In this document: piece after piece, positions 24,501-36,500 of the stretch
How positions within the stretch are numbered: position 1 is the first letter of the stretch
How the letters are laid out: each line of letters opens with the position of its first letter
Origin: Macrostomum hystrix
Lineage: Eukaryota; Animalia; Platyhelminthes
Length of the DNA stretch: 64,000 nt
Assembly: GCA_950097015.1 (NCBI GenBank)
Contig: CATNEN010000039.1
Coordinates: 17,856,001 to 17,920,000 of the forward strand
Direction of reading: 5' to 3'
Position numbers and translations under genes: made by a program
The notes under the pieces: model-generated
The model's input: the letters and a program-made list of their open reading frames with translations, nothing else
Databases searched by the model: none
What the model was told of the DNA's origin: nothing

Positions 24501-27500
24501 CCGCACTTTGAGTAGCTAAAATCCCCAGATCCTCACTTTGAGTAGCTAAAATCCCCAGATCCGCACTTTGAGTAGCTAAAATCCCCAGATCCTCACTTTG
24601 AGTAGCTAAAATCCCACATGCTCACTTTAAGTAGCTAAAATCCCACATCCTCACTTTGAGTAGCTAAAATCCCCAGATCCGCACTTTGAGTAGCTAAAAT
24701 CCCCAGATCCTCACTTTGAGTAGCTAAAATCCCACATGCTCACTTTAAGTAGCTAAAATCCCACATCCTCACTTTGAGTAGCTAAAATCCCCAGATCCGC
24801 ACTTTGAGTAGCTAAAATCCCCAGATCCTCACTTTGAGTAGCTAAAATCCCCAGATCCGCACTTTGAGTAGCTAAAATCCCCAGATCCTCACTTTGAGTA
24901 GCTAAAATCCCACATGCTCACTTTAAGTAGCTAAAATCCCACATCCTCACTTTGAGTAGCTAAAATCCCCAGATCCGCACTTTGAGTAGCTAAAATCCCC
25001 AGATCCTCACTTTGAGTAGCTAAAATCCCACATGCTCACTTTAAGTAGCTAAAATCCCACATCCTCACTTTGAGTAGCTAAAATCCCCAGATCCGCACTT
25101 TGAGTAGCTAAAATCCCCAGATCCTCACTTTGAGTGGCTAAAATCCCACATGCTCACTTTGAGTAGCTAAATCCCCAGATCCTCACTTTGAGTAGCTAAT
25201 TGAGCAGCTAAAATCCCTTTATCCTCCCTTTGAGTAGCTAAAATGCCCAGATCCTCACTTTGAGTAGCTAAAATCCCCAGATCCGCACTTTGAGTAGCTA
25301 AAATCCCCAGATCCGCACTTTGAGTAGCTAAAATCCCACATGCTCACTTTGAGTAGCTAAAATCCCTTTATCCTCCCTTTGAGTAGCTAAAATCCCCAGA
25401 TCCTCACTTTGAGTAGCTAAAATCCCACATGCTCACTTTGAGTAGCTAAAATGCCCAGATCCGCACTTTGAGTAGCTAAAATCCCCAGATCCTCACTTTG
25501 AGTAGCTAAAATCTCACATGCTCACTTTGAGTAGCTAAAATCCCCAGATCCTCACTTTGAGTAGCTAAAATCCCACATCCTCACTTTGAGTAGCTAAAAT
25601 CCCCAGATCCTCACTTTGAGTTGCTAAAATCCCCAGATCCTCACTTTGAGTAGCTAAAATCCCCAGATCCTCACTTTGAGTAGCTAAAATCCCACATCCT
25701 CACTTTGAGTAGCTAAAATCCCCAGATCCTCACTTTGAGTTGCTAAAATCCCCAGATCCTCACTTTGAGTTGCTAAAATCCCCAGATCCTCACTTTGAGT
25801 AGCTAAAATCCCACATCCTCACTTTGAGTAGCTAAAATCCCCAGATCCTCACTTTGAGTAGCTAAAATCCCCAGATCCTCACTTTGAGTAGCTAAAATCC
25901 CATCATCCTCACTTTAAATATTTAAAATTCCCAATTCCTCACTTTGAGTAGCTAAAATCCCCAGATCCTCACTTTGAGTAGCTAAAATCCCATCATCCTC
26001 ACTTTAAATATTTAAAATTCCCAATTCCTCACTTTGAGTAGCTAAAATCCCATCATCCTCACTTTAAATATTTAAAATTCCCAATTCCTCACTTTCAGTA
26101 GCTAAAATCCCATCATCCTCACTTTAAATATTTAAAATCCCTAAATCCTCATTTTGAGGTAGCAAAATCCCTTTATCCTTACTTTGAGTAGCTTAAATCC
26201 CTAAATCCTCAGTTTTAGTAGTCAAGAATCCCTAATAAATCCCTAATAATTAATAAATCCCCAATCGCTGCGCCCCCTTGAATCTCCAGCGGCGTTGGCA
26301 GCCGAGTCTGAGCTGCCGCCGTTGCAGTCGGTGCTGCTAACTCGCATGTTCGCCTGCCACGTGGCCTGGGCCGGCTTTTCAATTCTGCGCTTCTTTATCT
26401 TTCTCAATTCTGTTGCTCTCTACGTGAAATTCGCTGTTGACGGCAGCGAGCCGGAGCTGGCAATCAGGAATTCGTTTATCATGCGCTACCTTAGCATGCT
26501 GGGTTTGTTCCTGTCGCTTGGACTATGTTTCGCTTTCTTCACAGCCGGAGTTGTGAGAATTTCTGGCCGACTGTTCAATGCGCGCTCGACTGCAACTAGC
26601 GACGTCTGGCAGCGATGCCGTTTTTTGGCGGTAAGTGGACCGGCACAGTTCGTTTTACTCTGCCTGGTTCTTCAAATGGATAGCTAGATTCTTTTTAGGG
26701 GATTAGTAGATTCAGGACAATGTTCTCCATAGGGGATTAGTAGATTCCCGACAATGTTCTCCATAGGGGATTAGTAGATTCCCGACAATGTTCTCCATAG
26801 GGGATTAGTAGATTCCCGACAATGTTCTCCAAAGGGGATTAGTAGATTCCCGACATTGTTCTCCATAGGCGATTAGTAGATTCCCGACAATGTTCTCGGC
26901 GCGCACTCGTGCCAAGACTATTTACGCACTATAGGGGATTAGTAGATTCCCGACAATGTTCTCCATAGGGGATTAGTAGATTCCCGACATTGTTCTCCAT
27001 AGGGGATTAGTAGATTCCCGACATTGTTCTTCATAGGCGATTAGTAGATTCCCGACAATGTTCTCCATAGGGGATTAGTAGATTTAGTAATTTCAGTAGA
27101 ATTTCGCTGCTAAAGCACATGGCTCTGTTTCTATCAACCATTCACTTTTAGCCGCCATTCGTGCTGCAGTGCAGTCTTGGCCTATTGCTCTCATGCCTGT
27201 CGTTTGTCGCGCAGCATCGCCTAATACCGCTGCAGTACACCTTGCTGGCGCTTTATCGCTCGATGCTATTTTCACTGGCCTCGTGCCTGCTGTTCTCAGC
27301 TTTTCCTGCGGCGCACTTTGGCACCCTGTACGGCGTGATGTGCCTGGCCTGCGGCCTGGTTTCATTCTCACAGATTCCGCTGCGTCGGCTAGCCGAGCTG
27401 TCCGGCCTTAACTCGGCCAACTTCATCGCCTTGGCGCTATCCGCGGCTGCGTTTGTACACCCGGTTCAGATTCTGCTAGCCGAGCGAATCCCCTGCGGAT

Positions 27501-27559
27501 TGGCTGTGCCGGATGTTAAACGGCGATCCGGCCCCACTAGTGAGAACCTGCTCACCTAA
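21533..27559 (+). CDS. SLC43-family (LAT3/LAT4/SLC43A3-like) MFS transporter (~582 aa)
   Basis: Exons 21533-22027, 23825-24329, 26290-26630, 27152-27559, phases consistent. Motifs GGIFFGFSSALRVLLQAEGFF, CDSQNEGF, GLLLDRVG, VSGTFDSS, FPAAHFGTLYG; many hydrophobic helices. Confidence 0.85.
22120..23470. repeat. 41-bp minisatellite in SLC43 intron 1 (caattagaaatcgatattagttcattagagtttggatttgg)
   Basis: About 32 units. Confidence 0.95.
24360..26220. repeat. 29-30 bp minisatellite in SLC43 intron 2 (ctcactttgagtagctaaaatccccagatc)
   Basis: About 60 units with patterned variants. Confidence 0.95.
26696..27084. repeat. 34-bp minisatellite in SLC43 intron 3 (ataggggattagtagattcccgacaatgttctcc)
   Basis: About 10 units, interrupted once by a unique 33-nt segment. 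Confidence 0.95.
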
Positions 27560-28270
27560 GACTAGATCTCACCTGAGACAAGAGATCATACCTGAGAATT
27601 GAGATCACCTGAGAGTAGAGACCATCTGAGACAAGAGATCATACCTGAGAATTGAGATCACCTGAGAGTAGAGATCATACCTGAGACTAGAGATCACCTG
27701 AGACTAGAGATCACCTGAGACTAGAGATCACCTGAGACTAGAGATCATCTGAGACTAGAGATCACCTGAGACTAGAGATCACCTGAGACTAGAGATCATC
27801 TGAGACTAGAGATCACCTGAGACTAGAGATCACCTGAGACTAGAGATCACCTGAGACTAGAGATCATCTGAGACTAGAGATCACCTGAGACTAGAGATCA
27901 CCTGAGACTAGAGATCACCTGAGACTAGAGATCACCTGAGACTAGAGATCATCTGAGACTAGAGATCACCTGAGACTAGAGATCACCTGAGACTAGAGAT
28001 CACCTGAGACTAGAGATCACCTGAGACTAGAGATCACCTGAGACTAGAGATCATCTGAGACTAGAGATCACCTGAGACTAGAGATCACCTGAGACTAGAG
28101 ATCATCTGAGACTAGAGATCACCTGAGACTAGAGATCATCTGAGACTAGAGATCACCTGAGACAAGAGATCATACCTGAGAATTGAGATCACCTGAGATT
28201 AGAGATCACCTGAGATTAGAGATCACCTGAGACTAGAGGTCATACCTGAGACTTTAGATCTTACCTGAGT
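27552..28270. repeat. 17-bp minisatellite starting at the SLC43 stop codon (cacctgagactagagat)
   Basis: About 40 units; the TAA stop sits in the first degenerate unit (cacctaagactag). Confidence 0.95.
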
Positions 28271-29364
28271 TTAGAGATAATACCCAAGACAAATGTTTCC
28301 TGGTTACCTAATGTTCTAGACTAAAAGAAAAATCATAGTTTTGAATTTGCAAATATCGCTTGATACCATTTCACAATAATTTTTTCATTATAGTTTTTTC
28401 GAATGCATATTTTTGAGGTTACAATTTATTTTACCTGTCTGTGTGTCGTCTGTTGCTTTCTAAGCAAGCTGTTTTTGTTGTCTTGTCTTTTTTTATCAGC
28501 TTTTGCTGTCAACAATAGTAAGCATACTCTCAGTCTAATATTTTTTAAACACAATAATCAATTTGCGCGTAGATACAACAGCAATTGTTTTCTAAATCTC
28601 ATACCTACGTTTTTGCCTACTAGTTTTTTTGCTTTTTTGTTGTCAAAGTTGAAAAAATCTCAAACCTCTTTTCAGATTTTTTCTAGTTCACAAGTTTTTG
28701 CGCTTTTTCTCCTACAATTTTATTTGCATATTTGTGATAAATACTACTTTTTATTCTGTTGTACTAGTATTATATGGCGAATGTTACTCTCCTGATTTTG
28801 GCTTGATTGTTGATTTAATTACTATTAGTTTTAAACTTCTATTTCAAACTAAGTAACTTCAATTTCGTCTCTTCAACACAGCGATTAGTGTTTGCGTTCG
28901 CTCTGTGAAATACGAACTTTGTCCTTGCCTTTGATCTTTGCCGATGCCGCCACCGACTCCGCCGCAACGCAATTATAATAATTCTGTCGAGTGTCGAGAG
29001 ATTTATGGCCCTCTCGCGGACGAAATTGAAGTTACTTAGTTTGATATCGAAGTTGAAAACCAATGGAACAGCTTTTAAACGTAACTAAAGCTTGCTTTTT
29101 TGCAATTAAACTAGTTTTGTGTTTACATTAGCTACTAGTATTAGATTTGTTTTACGGAATGAAAAAAATAAACCGCAATTAACTTGTATTCTCGTTTTTT
29201 TCTAAAAACTATTTTGTTCCTTATCTACCCTAAACTCTAATGGAATAATCAAACCTGTTTAAATATTACCGACCGGTTTTACTGGCCTACTTTATTTCCT
29301 ATTCACTTGGAAACTAGCCGCTATATTAAGTCGATTCAAATTAATTTTTTTGCTGCTTCCTCCT

Positions 29365-30640
29365 ATCTTCAGGCCTCTAATCTTCTAATCTTTCTCTGAT
29401 CTTCAGGCTTCCTTCCTGCGAACTTCAGGCTTCTTTCCTCTGATCTTCAGGCTTCTTTCCTCTGATCTTCAGGCTTCTTTCCTCTGATCTTCAGGCTTCT
29501 TTCCTCTGATCTTCAGGCTTCTTTCCTCTGATCTTCAGGCTTCTTTCCTCTGATCTTCAGGCTTCTTTCCTCTGATCTTCAGGCTTCTTTCCTCTGATCT
29601 TCAGGCTTCCTTCATCTGATCTTCAGGCTTCCTTCATCTGATCTTCAGGCTTCCTTCATCTGATCTTCAGGCTTCCTTCATGTGATCTTCAGGCTTCCTT
29701 CATCTGATCTTCAGGCTTCCTTCATCTGATCTTCAGGCTTCCTTCATCTGATCTTCAGGCTTCCTTCCTGCGAACTTCAGGCTTCCTTCATCTGATCTTC
29801 AGGCTTCCTTCCTGCGAACTTCAGGCTTCTTTCCTCTGATCTTCAGGCTTCTTTCCTCTGATCTTCAGGCTTCTTTCCTCTGATCTTCAGGCTTCTTTCC
29901 TCTGATCTCCAGGCTTCTTTCCTCTGATCTTCAGGCCTCCTTCCTCTGATCTTCAGGCCTCCTTCCTGCGAACTTCAGGCTTCCTTCCTGCGAACTTCAG
30001 GCCTCCTTCCTGCGAACTTCAGGCTTCCTTCCTGCGAACTTCAGGCCTCCTTCCTGCGAACTTCAGGCTTCCTTCCTGCGAACTTCAGGCTTCTTTCCTC
30101 TGATCTTCAGGCCTCCTTCCTGCGAACTTCAGGCTTCCATCCTGTGATCTTCAGGCATCTTTCCTCTGATCTTCAGGCTTCTTTCCTCTGATCTTCAGGC
30201 CTCCTTCCTCTGATCTTCAGGCCTCCTTCCTGCGAACTTCAGGCTTCCTTCCTGCGAACTTCAGGCTTCTTTCCTCTGATCCTTAGGCTTCTTTCCTCTG
30301 ATCTTCAGGCCTCCTTCCTGCGAACTTCAGGCTTCCATCCTGTGATCTTCAGGCATCTTTCCTCTGATCTTCAGGCCTCCTTCCTGCGAACTTCAGGCTT
30401 CCTTCCTGCGAACTTCAGGCATCTTTCCTCTGATCTTCAGGCTTCTTTCCTCTGATCTTCAGGCCTCCTTCCTCTGATCTTCAGGCCTCCTTCCTGCGAA
30501 CTTCAGGCTTCTTTCCTGCGAACTTCAGGCTTCTTTCCTCTGATCCTTAGGCTTCTTTCCTCTGATCTTCAGGCTTCTTTTCTCTGATCTTCAGGCCTCC
30601 TTCCTGCGAACTTCAGGCTTCCTTCCTCTGATCCTCTGAT
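29365..30640. repeat. 22-bp minisatellite upstream of NIF3L1 (tctgatcttcaggcttctttcc)
   Basis: About 57 units. Confidence 0.95.
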
Positions 30641-30820
30641 TTTCAGTCTACTACAAGTAGAAATGCGAGTTTTCCAATTTTCCAAATGCAAATTTAGTTT
30701 CGTGAACTACACAAAAATTTCAAGCGTTCTCTACTAGTCTCAAGCGCTGCAGTTCTCCGCACCAACTGTTCGAATCTGATTGGCCGCCGTTGGAAGACAT
30801 TGTACACAAACTTGTCCGGC

Positions 30821-33800
30821 ATGAATCTATCCGATGTGGTTTCCCAATTAGAGGATTTCTGTCCTAGTAAGCTGGCCGAGGATTGGGACAATGCTGGCCT
30901 ACTCATTGAGCCCAGGGATTTTGCTCAGGTTTGAAAAGGCTGTTTATTGCTGCGATGGCTCAGAAAGTCATATGAATAATCTTGTGTGAAATATAACGAT
31001 TACTTTTGGATGCATAGGTAATCTGCAGCTTAAAGGGCAACAACCAATAATCCACTTCAAAGACTTCCTAGACCGATTGTCCTATACCGTCCCTACCGCT
31101 AATCCACAGCTTCTGTTAAATCACTACCGCTAATCCACAGCTTCTGTTAAATCACTACCGCTAATCCACCGCTTCTGTCAAATCACTACCGCTAATCCAC
31201 AGCTTCTGTTAAATCACTACCGCTAATCCACAGCTTCTGTCAAATCACTACCGCTAATCCACAGCTTCTGTTAAAGCACTACCGCTAATCCACAGCTTCT
31301 GTTAAATCACTACCGCTAATCCACAGCTTCTGTCAAATCACTACCGCTAATCCACAGCTTCTGTTAAATCACTACCGCTAATCCACAGCTTCTGTCAAAT
31401 CACTACCGCTAATCCACAGCTTCTGTTAAAGCACTACCGCTAATCCACAGCTTCTGTTAAATCACTACCGCTAATCCACAGCTTCTGTTAAATCACTACC
31501 GCTAATCCACAGCTTCTGTTAAATCACTACCGCTAATCCACAGCTTCTGTTAAATCATTACCGCTAATCCACAGCTTCTGTTAAATCATTACCGCTTATC
31601 CACAGCTTCTGTTAAATCACTACCGCTAATCCACAGCTTCTGTTAAATCACTACCGCTAATCCACAGCTTCTGTTAAATCATTACCGCTAATCCACAGCT
31701 TCTGTTAAATCACTACCGCTAATCCACAGCTTCTGTTAAATCACTACCGCTAATCCACAGCTTCTGTTAAATCACTACCGCTAATCCACAGCTTCTGTTA
31801 AATCACTACCGCTAATCCACAGCTTCTGTTAAATCATTACTGCTAATCCACAGCTTCTGTCAAATCACTACCGCTAATCCACAGCTTCTGTTAAATCACT
31901 ACCGCTAATCCACAGCTTCTGTTAAATCATTACCGCTAATCCACAGCTTCTGTTAAATCACTACCGCTAATCCACAGCTTCTGTTAAATCACTACCGCTA
32001 ATCCACAGCTTCTGTTAAATCACTACCGCTAATCCACAGCTTCTGTCAAATCACTACCGCTAATCCACAGCTTCTGTTAATTCACTACCGCTAATCCACA
32101 GCTTCTGTTAAATCATTACCGCTAATCCACAGCTTCTGTTAAATCACTACCGCTAATCCACAGCTTCTGTTAAATCACTACCGCTAATCCACAGCTTCTG
32201 TTAAATCACTACCGCTAATCCACAGCTTCTGTTAAATCACTACCGCTAATCCACAGCTTCTGTTAAATCATTACTGCTAATCCACAGCTTCTGTCAAATC
32301 ACTACCGCTAATCCACAGCTTCTGTTAAATCACTACCGCTAATCCACAGCTTCTGTTAAATCATTACCGCTAATCCACAGCTTCTGTTAAATCACTACCG
32401 CTAATCCACAGCTTCTGTTAAATCACTACCGCTAATCCACAGCTTCTGTTAAATCACTACCGCTAATCCACAGCTTCTGTCAAATCACTACCGCTAATCC
32501 ACAGCTTCTGTTAAATCATTACCGCTAATCCACAGCTTCTGTTAAATCACTACCGCTAATCCACAGCTTCTGTTAAATCACTACCGCTAATCCACAGCTT
32601 CTGTTAAATCATTACCGCTAATCCACAGCTTCTGTTAAATCACTACCGCTAATCCACAGCTTCTGTCAAATCACTACCGCTAATCCACTTCTGATAAATC
32701 TTTTGCGATAATCCCCTTCGGATTGATCCCGGACGATAATCCACGATTTGTTTATCTCTTTCGATAATCCTTTTCTAACTAATTCCCTACTGATAATCCC
32801 CAACTCAAATTCCAACTGCAATCACTATTCAGATTATCTATCTAGCTATAGAAAAGCCGCATGTATCGCTTTGTACTCACCGTCTCACCATCAGGGCAAG
32901 CGCCAAGTCACCAAAGTGCTGCTCACAAATGACTTGACCTTCAGAGTCTACGACGAGGCTCTCAGCCTTGGCGCCGAGCTGGTGATCTCCTATCATCCGC
33001 CGCTGTTCCGTCAGGTGCGCCGAGTACTGGCCTCCTCGACAGACTGGCAGCAGCGCCTCCTTGCCGCGGCGCTTGCCGACGGCGTCGCCGTCTATTCGCC
33101 CCACACCGCCTGGGACGCCAAGCTGGACGGGCTGAACGATTTTCTGCTGCTTGGCGCCTTCAGTAGCTGGTTGGCCGTTGATAAGGCGGCCCCGGTTGCG
33201 CCTTCGGCCCAGACGGCTGGCGTCGGTGCCGGACGATGGGCTCCGTTGTCGAAAACGTTAACACTGGAGGAAGCTGTTGACGCAGTCAAAAAGCATCTGG
33301 GATTGTCGAATGTTCTAGTCCGTGCTTTTCTGCTTCTTTTGTTATTTAGTTTACTTCTGCCTACTATAAGTAGTCTAAAGATGTTTTTTTACGAAACTCG
33401 TGAATTCGGACTGGGTGCAGAATTCAAAGCTGAGCAGTCTGCCTCCCAGATACTAAAAGCTGAGCAGCCATTGCTTCAGATACTCAAAGCTGAGCAGTCA
33501 TTGTCCCAGATACTCAAAGCTGAGCAGCCATTGCTTCAGATACTCAAAGCTGAGCAGCCATTGCTTCAGATACTCAAAGCTGAGCAGTCATCATCCCAGA
33601 TACTCAAAGCTGAGCAGTCATCCTCCCAGATACTCAAAGCTGAGCAGTCATCCTCCCAGACACTCAAAGCTGAGCAGTCATCCTCCCAGATACTCAAAGC
33701 TGAGCAGTCATCCTCCCAGATACTCAAAGCTGAGCAGTCATCATCCCAGATACTCAAAGCTGAGCTGTCATTCTCTCAGATACTCAAAGCTGAGCAGTCA

Positions 33801-34891
33801 TCCTCCCAGATACTCAAAGCTGAGCAGTCATCCTCCCAGATACTCAAAGCTGAGCAGTCATCCTCCCAGATACTCAAAGCTGAGCAGTCATTCTCTCAGA
33901 TACTCAAAGCTGAGCAGTCATCCTCCCAGATACTCAAAGCTGAGCAGTCATCATCCCATGCAGATACTCAAAGCTGAGCAGTCATCATCCCAGACACTCA
34001 AACAATATCCTCTCTGCTCATTAATGAATCCGTTCTGCTAATTACTGAATCCGTTCTGCTCATTACTGAATCCGTTCTGCTCATTACTGAATCCGTTCTG
34101 CTAATTACTGAATCCGTTCTGCTAATTACTGAATCCGTTCTGCTCATTACTGAATCCGTTCTGCTCATTACTGAATCCGTTCTGCTCATTACTGAATCCG
34201 TTCTGCTCATTACTGAATCCGTTCTGCTAATTACTGAATCCGTTCTGCTCATTACTGAATCCGTTCTGCTCATTACTGAATCCGTTCTGCTCATTACTGA
34301 ATCCGTTCTGCTCATTACTGAATCCGTTGTGCTCATTACTGAATCCGTTCTGCTCATTACTGAATCCGTTGTGCTCATTACTGAATCCGTTCTGCTCATT
34401 ACTGAATCCGTTCTGCTCATTACTGAATCCATTTACTGTTCAATACTGGATTAAGTATACTCATAAACAGCAAATTAGTTGATCCAAATTGCTTATTGCT
34501 AGATCAATATTCATTAGTCATTACTATTACATGGCCGCGGTCCCATCCATTCCAGACACAATCTTCGCTAACTCTTAATTACTCCTCACCGCAGGTAGCC
34601 AAGCCGCAGTCAGCCCCGATCCGACTGTCTCGCGGTGTGGCAGTCTGTGCCGGCTCAGGAGCCAGCCTGCTTCGCGACATTGGCAACAAATGCGACCTAT
34701 TGTTGACCGGAGAGATGTCGCATCACGATCTGCTGGCTCACACTGACCAAGACAGAGCAGTCATTGTCACTGGTCATTCTAATTGCGAACGGCCCTACCT
34801 GCCAGTGGCTGCTAAAGCCCTGGCCAACCGCATGCCCAGCATCAGCTTCTCAGTCTCCAAGGTTGATAAGGACCCATTGGAATTCGCTTGA
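30821..34891 (+). CDS. NIF3L1: NIF3-like protein 1 (DUF34/NIF3 family), ~275 aa from the genomic ATG
   Basis: Exons 30821-30928 (not in the ORF track; LAEDWDNAGLLIEP), 32895-33317 (LLTNDLT, ISYHPPLF, YSPHTAWD) and 34595-34891 (AVCAGSG, TGEMSHH, HSNCERPYL, DKDPL). AATAAA at 34919. Confidence 0.92.
31093..32690. repeat. 31-bp minisatellite in NIF3L1 intron 1 (ctaccgctaatccacagcttctgttaaatca)
   Basis: About 51 units. Confidence 0.95.
33422..34000. repeat. 30-bp minisatellite in NIF3L1 intron 2 (tactcaaagctgagcagtcatcctcccaga)
   Basis: About 19 units; reverse complement of the unit of array 35028-36500. Confidence 0.95.
34013..34430. repeat. 21-bp minisatellite in NIF3L1 intron 2 (ctcattactgaatccgttctg)
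   Basis: About 20 units abutting the 30-bp array. Confidence 0.95.
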
Positions 34892-35027
34892 TACAAGTCT
34901 GCTATATCATTGAATACAAATAAATGCGATGCAAAATTGGTTTTTTAGTTGGTTGCTCTGATCTGGTAACTTTGAGACAGCATCTGTTTCTAGTTGGCTC
35001 CGCCTTGTATTTTTTCTTAGAAACCGA

Positions 35028-36500
35028 ATGAGTGTCTGGAAAGGATGACTGCTCAGTCTTGAGTATCTTCTGAGAGAATTACTGCTCAGTCTTGAGTATC
35101 TTCTGAGAGAATTACTGCTCAGCTTTGAGTATCTGGGAGGATGACTGCTCAGCTTTGAGTATCTGGGAGGATGACTGCTCAGCTTTGAGTATCTGGGAGG
35201 ATGACTGCTCAGCTTTGAGTATCTGGGAGGATGACTGCTCAGCTTTGAGTATCTGGGAGGATGACTGCTCAGCTTTGAGTGTCTGGGAGGATGACTGCTC
35301 AGCTTTGAGTATCTGGGAGGATGACTGCTCAGCTTTGAGTATCTGATTGGATAACTGCTCAGCTTTGAGTATCTGGGAGGATGACTGCTCAGCTTTGAGT
35401 ATCTGGGAGGATGACTGCTCAGCTTTGAGTATCTGGGAGGATGACTGCTCAGCTTTGAGTATCTGGGAGGATGACTGCTCAGCTTTGAGTGTCTGGGAGG
35501 ATGACTGCTCAGCTTTGAGTATCTGGGAGGATGACTGCTCAGCTTTGAGTGTCTGGGAGGATGACTGCTCAGCTTTGAGTATCTGGGATGATGACTGCTC
35601 AGCTTTGAGTATCTGGGAGGATGACTGCTCAGCTTTGAGTATCTGGGAGGATGACTGCTCAGCTTTGAGTATCTGGGAGGATGACTGCTCAGCTTTGAGT
35701 ATCTCAGAGAATGACAGCTCAGCTTTGAGTATCTGGGATGATGACTGCTCAGCTTTGAGTATCTGGGAGGATGACTGCTCAGCTTTGAGTATCTGGGAGG
35801 ATGACTGCTCAGCTTCTTTGAGTATCTTCTGAGAGGATGACTGCTCAGTTTTGAGTATCTGAGAGGATGACTGCTCAGTTTTGAGTATCTGAGAGGATGA
35901 CTGCTCAGCTTTGAGTATCTGAGAGGATGACTGCTCAGCTTTGAGTATCTGAGAGGATGACTTCTCAGCTTTGAGTATCTGGGAGGATGACTTCTCAGCT
36001 TTGAGTATCTGAGAGGATGACTTCTCAGCTTTGAGTATCTGGAATAATGACTGCTCAGCTTCGAGTATCTGAGAGAATTACTGCTCAGCTTTGAGTATCT
36101 GGGAGGATGACTGCTCAGCTTCTTTGAGTATCTTCTGAGAGGATGACTGCTCAGTTTTGAGTATCTGAGAGGATGACTGCTCAGTTTTGAGTATCTGAGA
36201 GGATGACTGCTCAGTTTTGAGTATCTGAGAGGATGACTGCTCAGCTTTGAGTATCTGAGAGGATGACTGCTCAGTTTTGAGTATCTGAGAGGATGACTGC
36301 TCAGCTTTGAGTATCTGAGAGGATGACTGCTCAGCTTTGAGTATCTGGGAGGATGACTGCTCAGCTTTGAGTATCTGGGAGGATGACTTCTCAGCTTTGA
36401 GTATCTGAGAGGATGACTTCTCAGCTTTGAGTATCTGGAATAATGACTGCTCAGCTTCGAGTATCTGAGAGAATTACTGCTCAGCTTTGAGTATCTGGGA
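35028..36500. repeat. 30-bp minisatellite downstream of NIF3L1, inverted relative to the intron-2 array (tctgggaggatgactgctcagctttgagta)
   Basis: About 48 units; source of the 548-aa artefact ORF. Confidence 0.95.

Noticed and set aside
20575-32690. Arrays of ~30-bp repeats as possible CRISPR arrays
   Set aside because: Head-to-tail repeats with no unique spacers, no cas genes, eukaryotic intron context.
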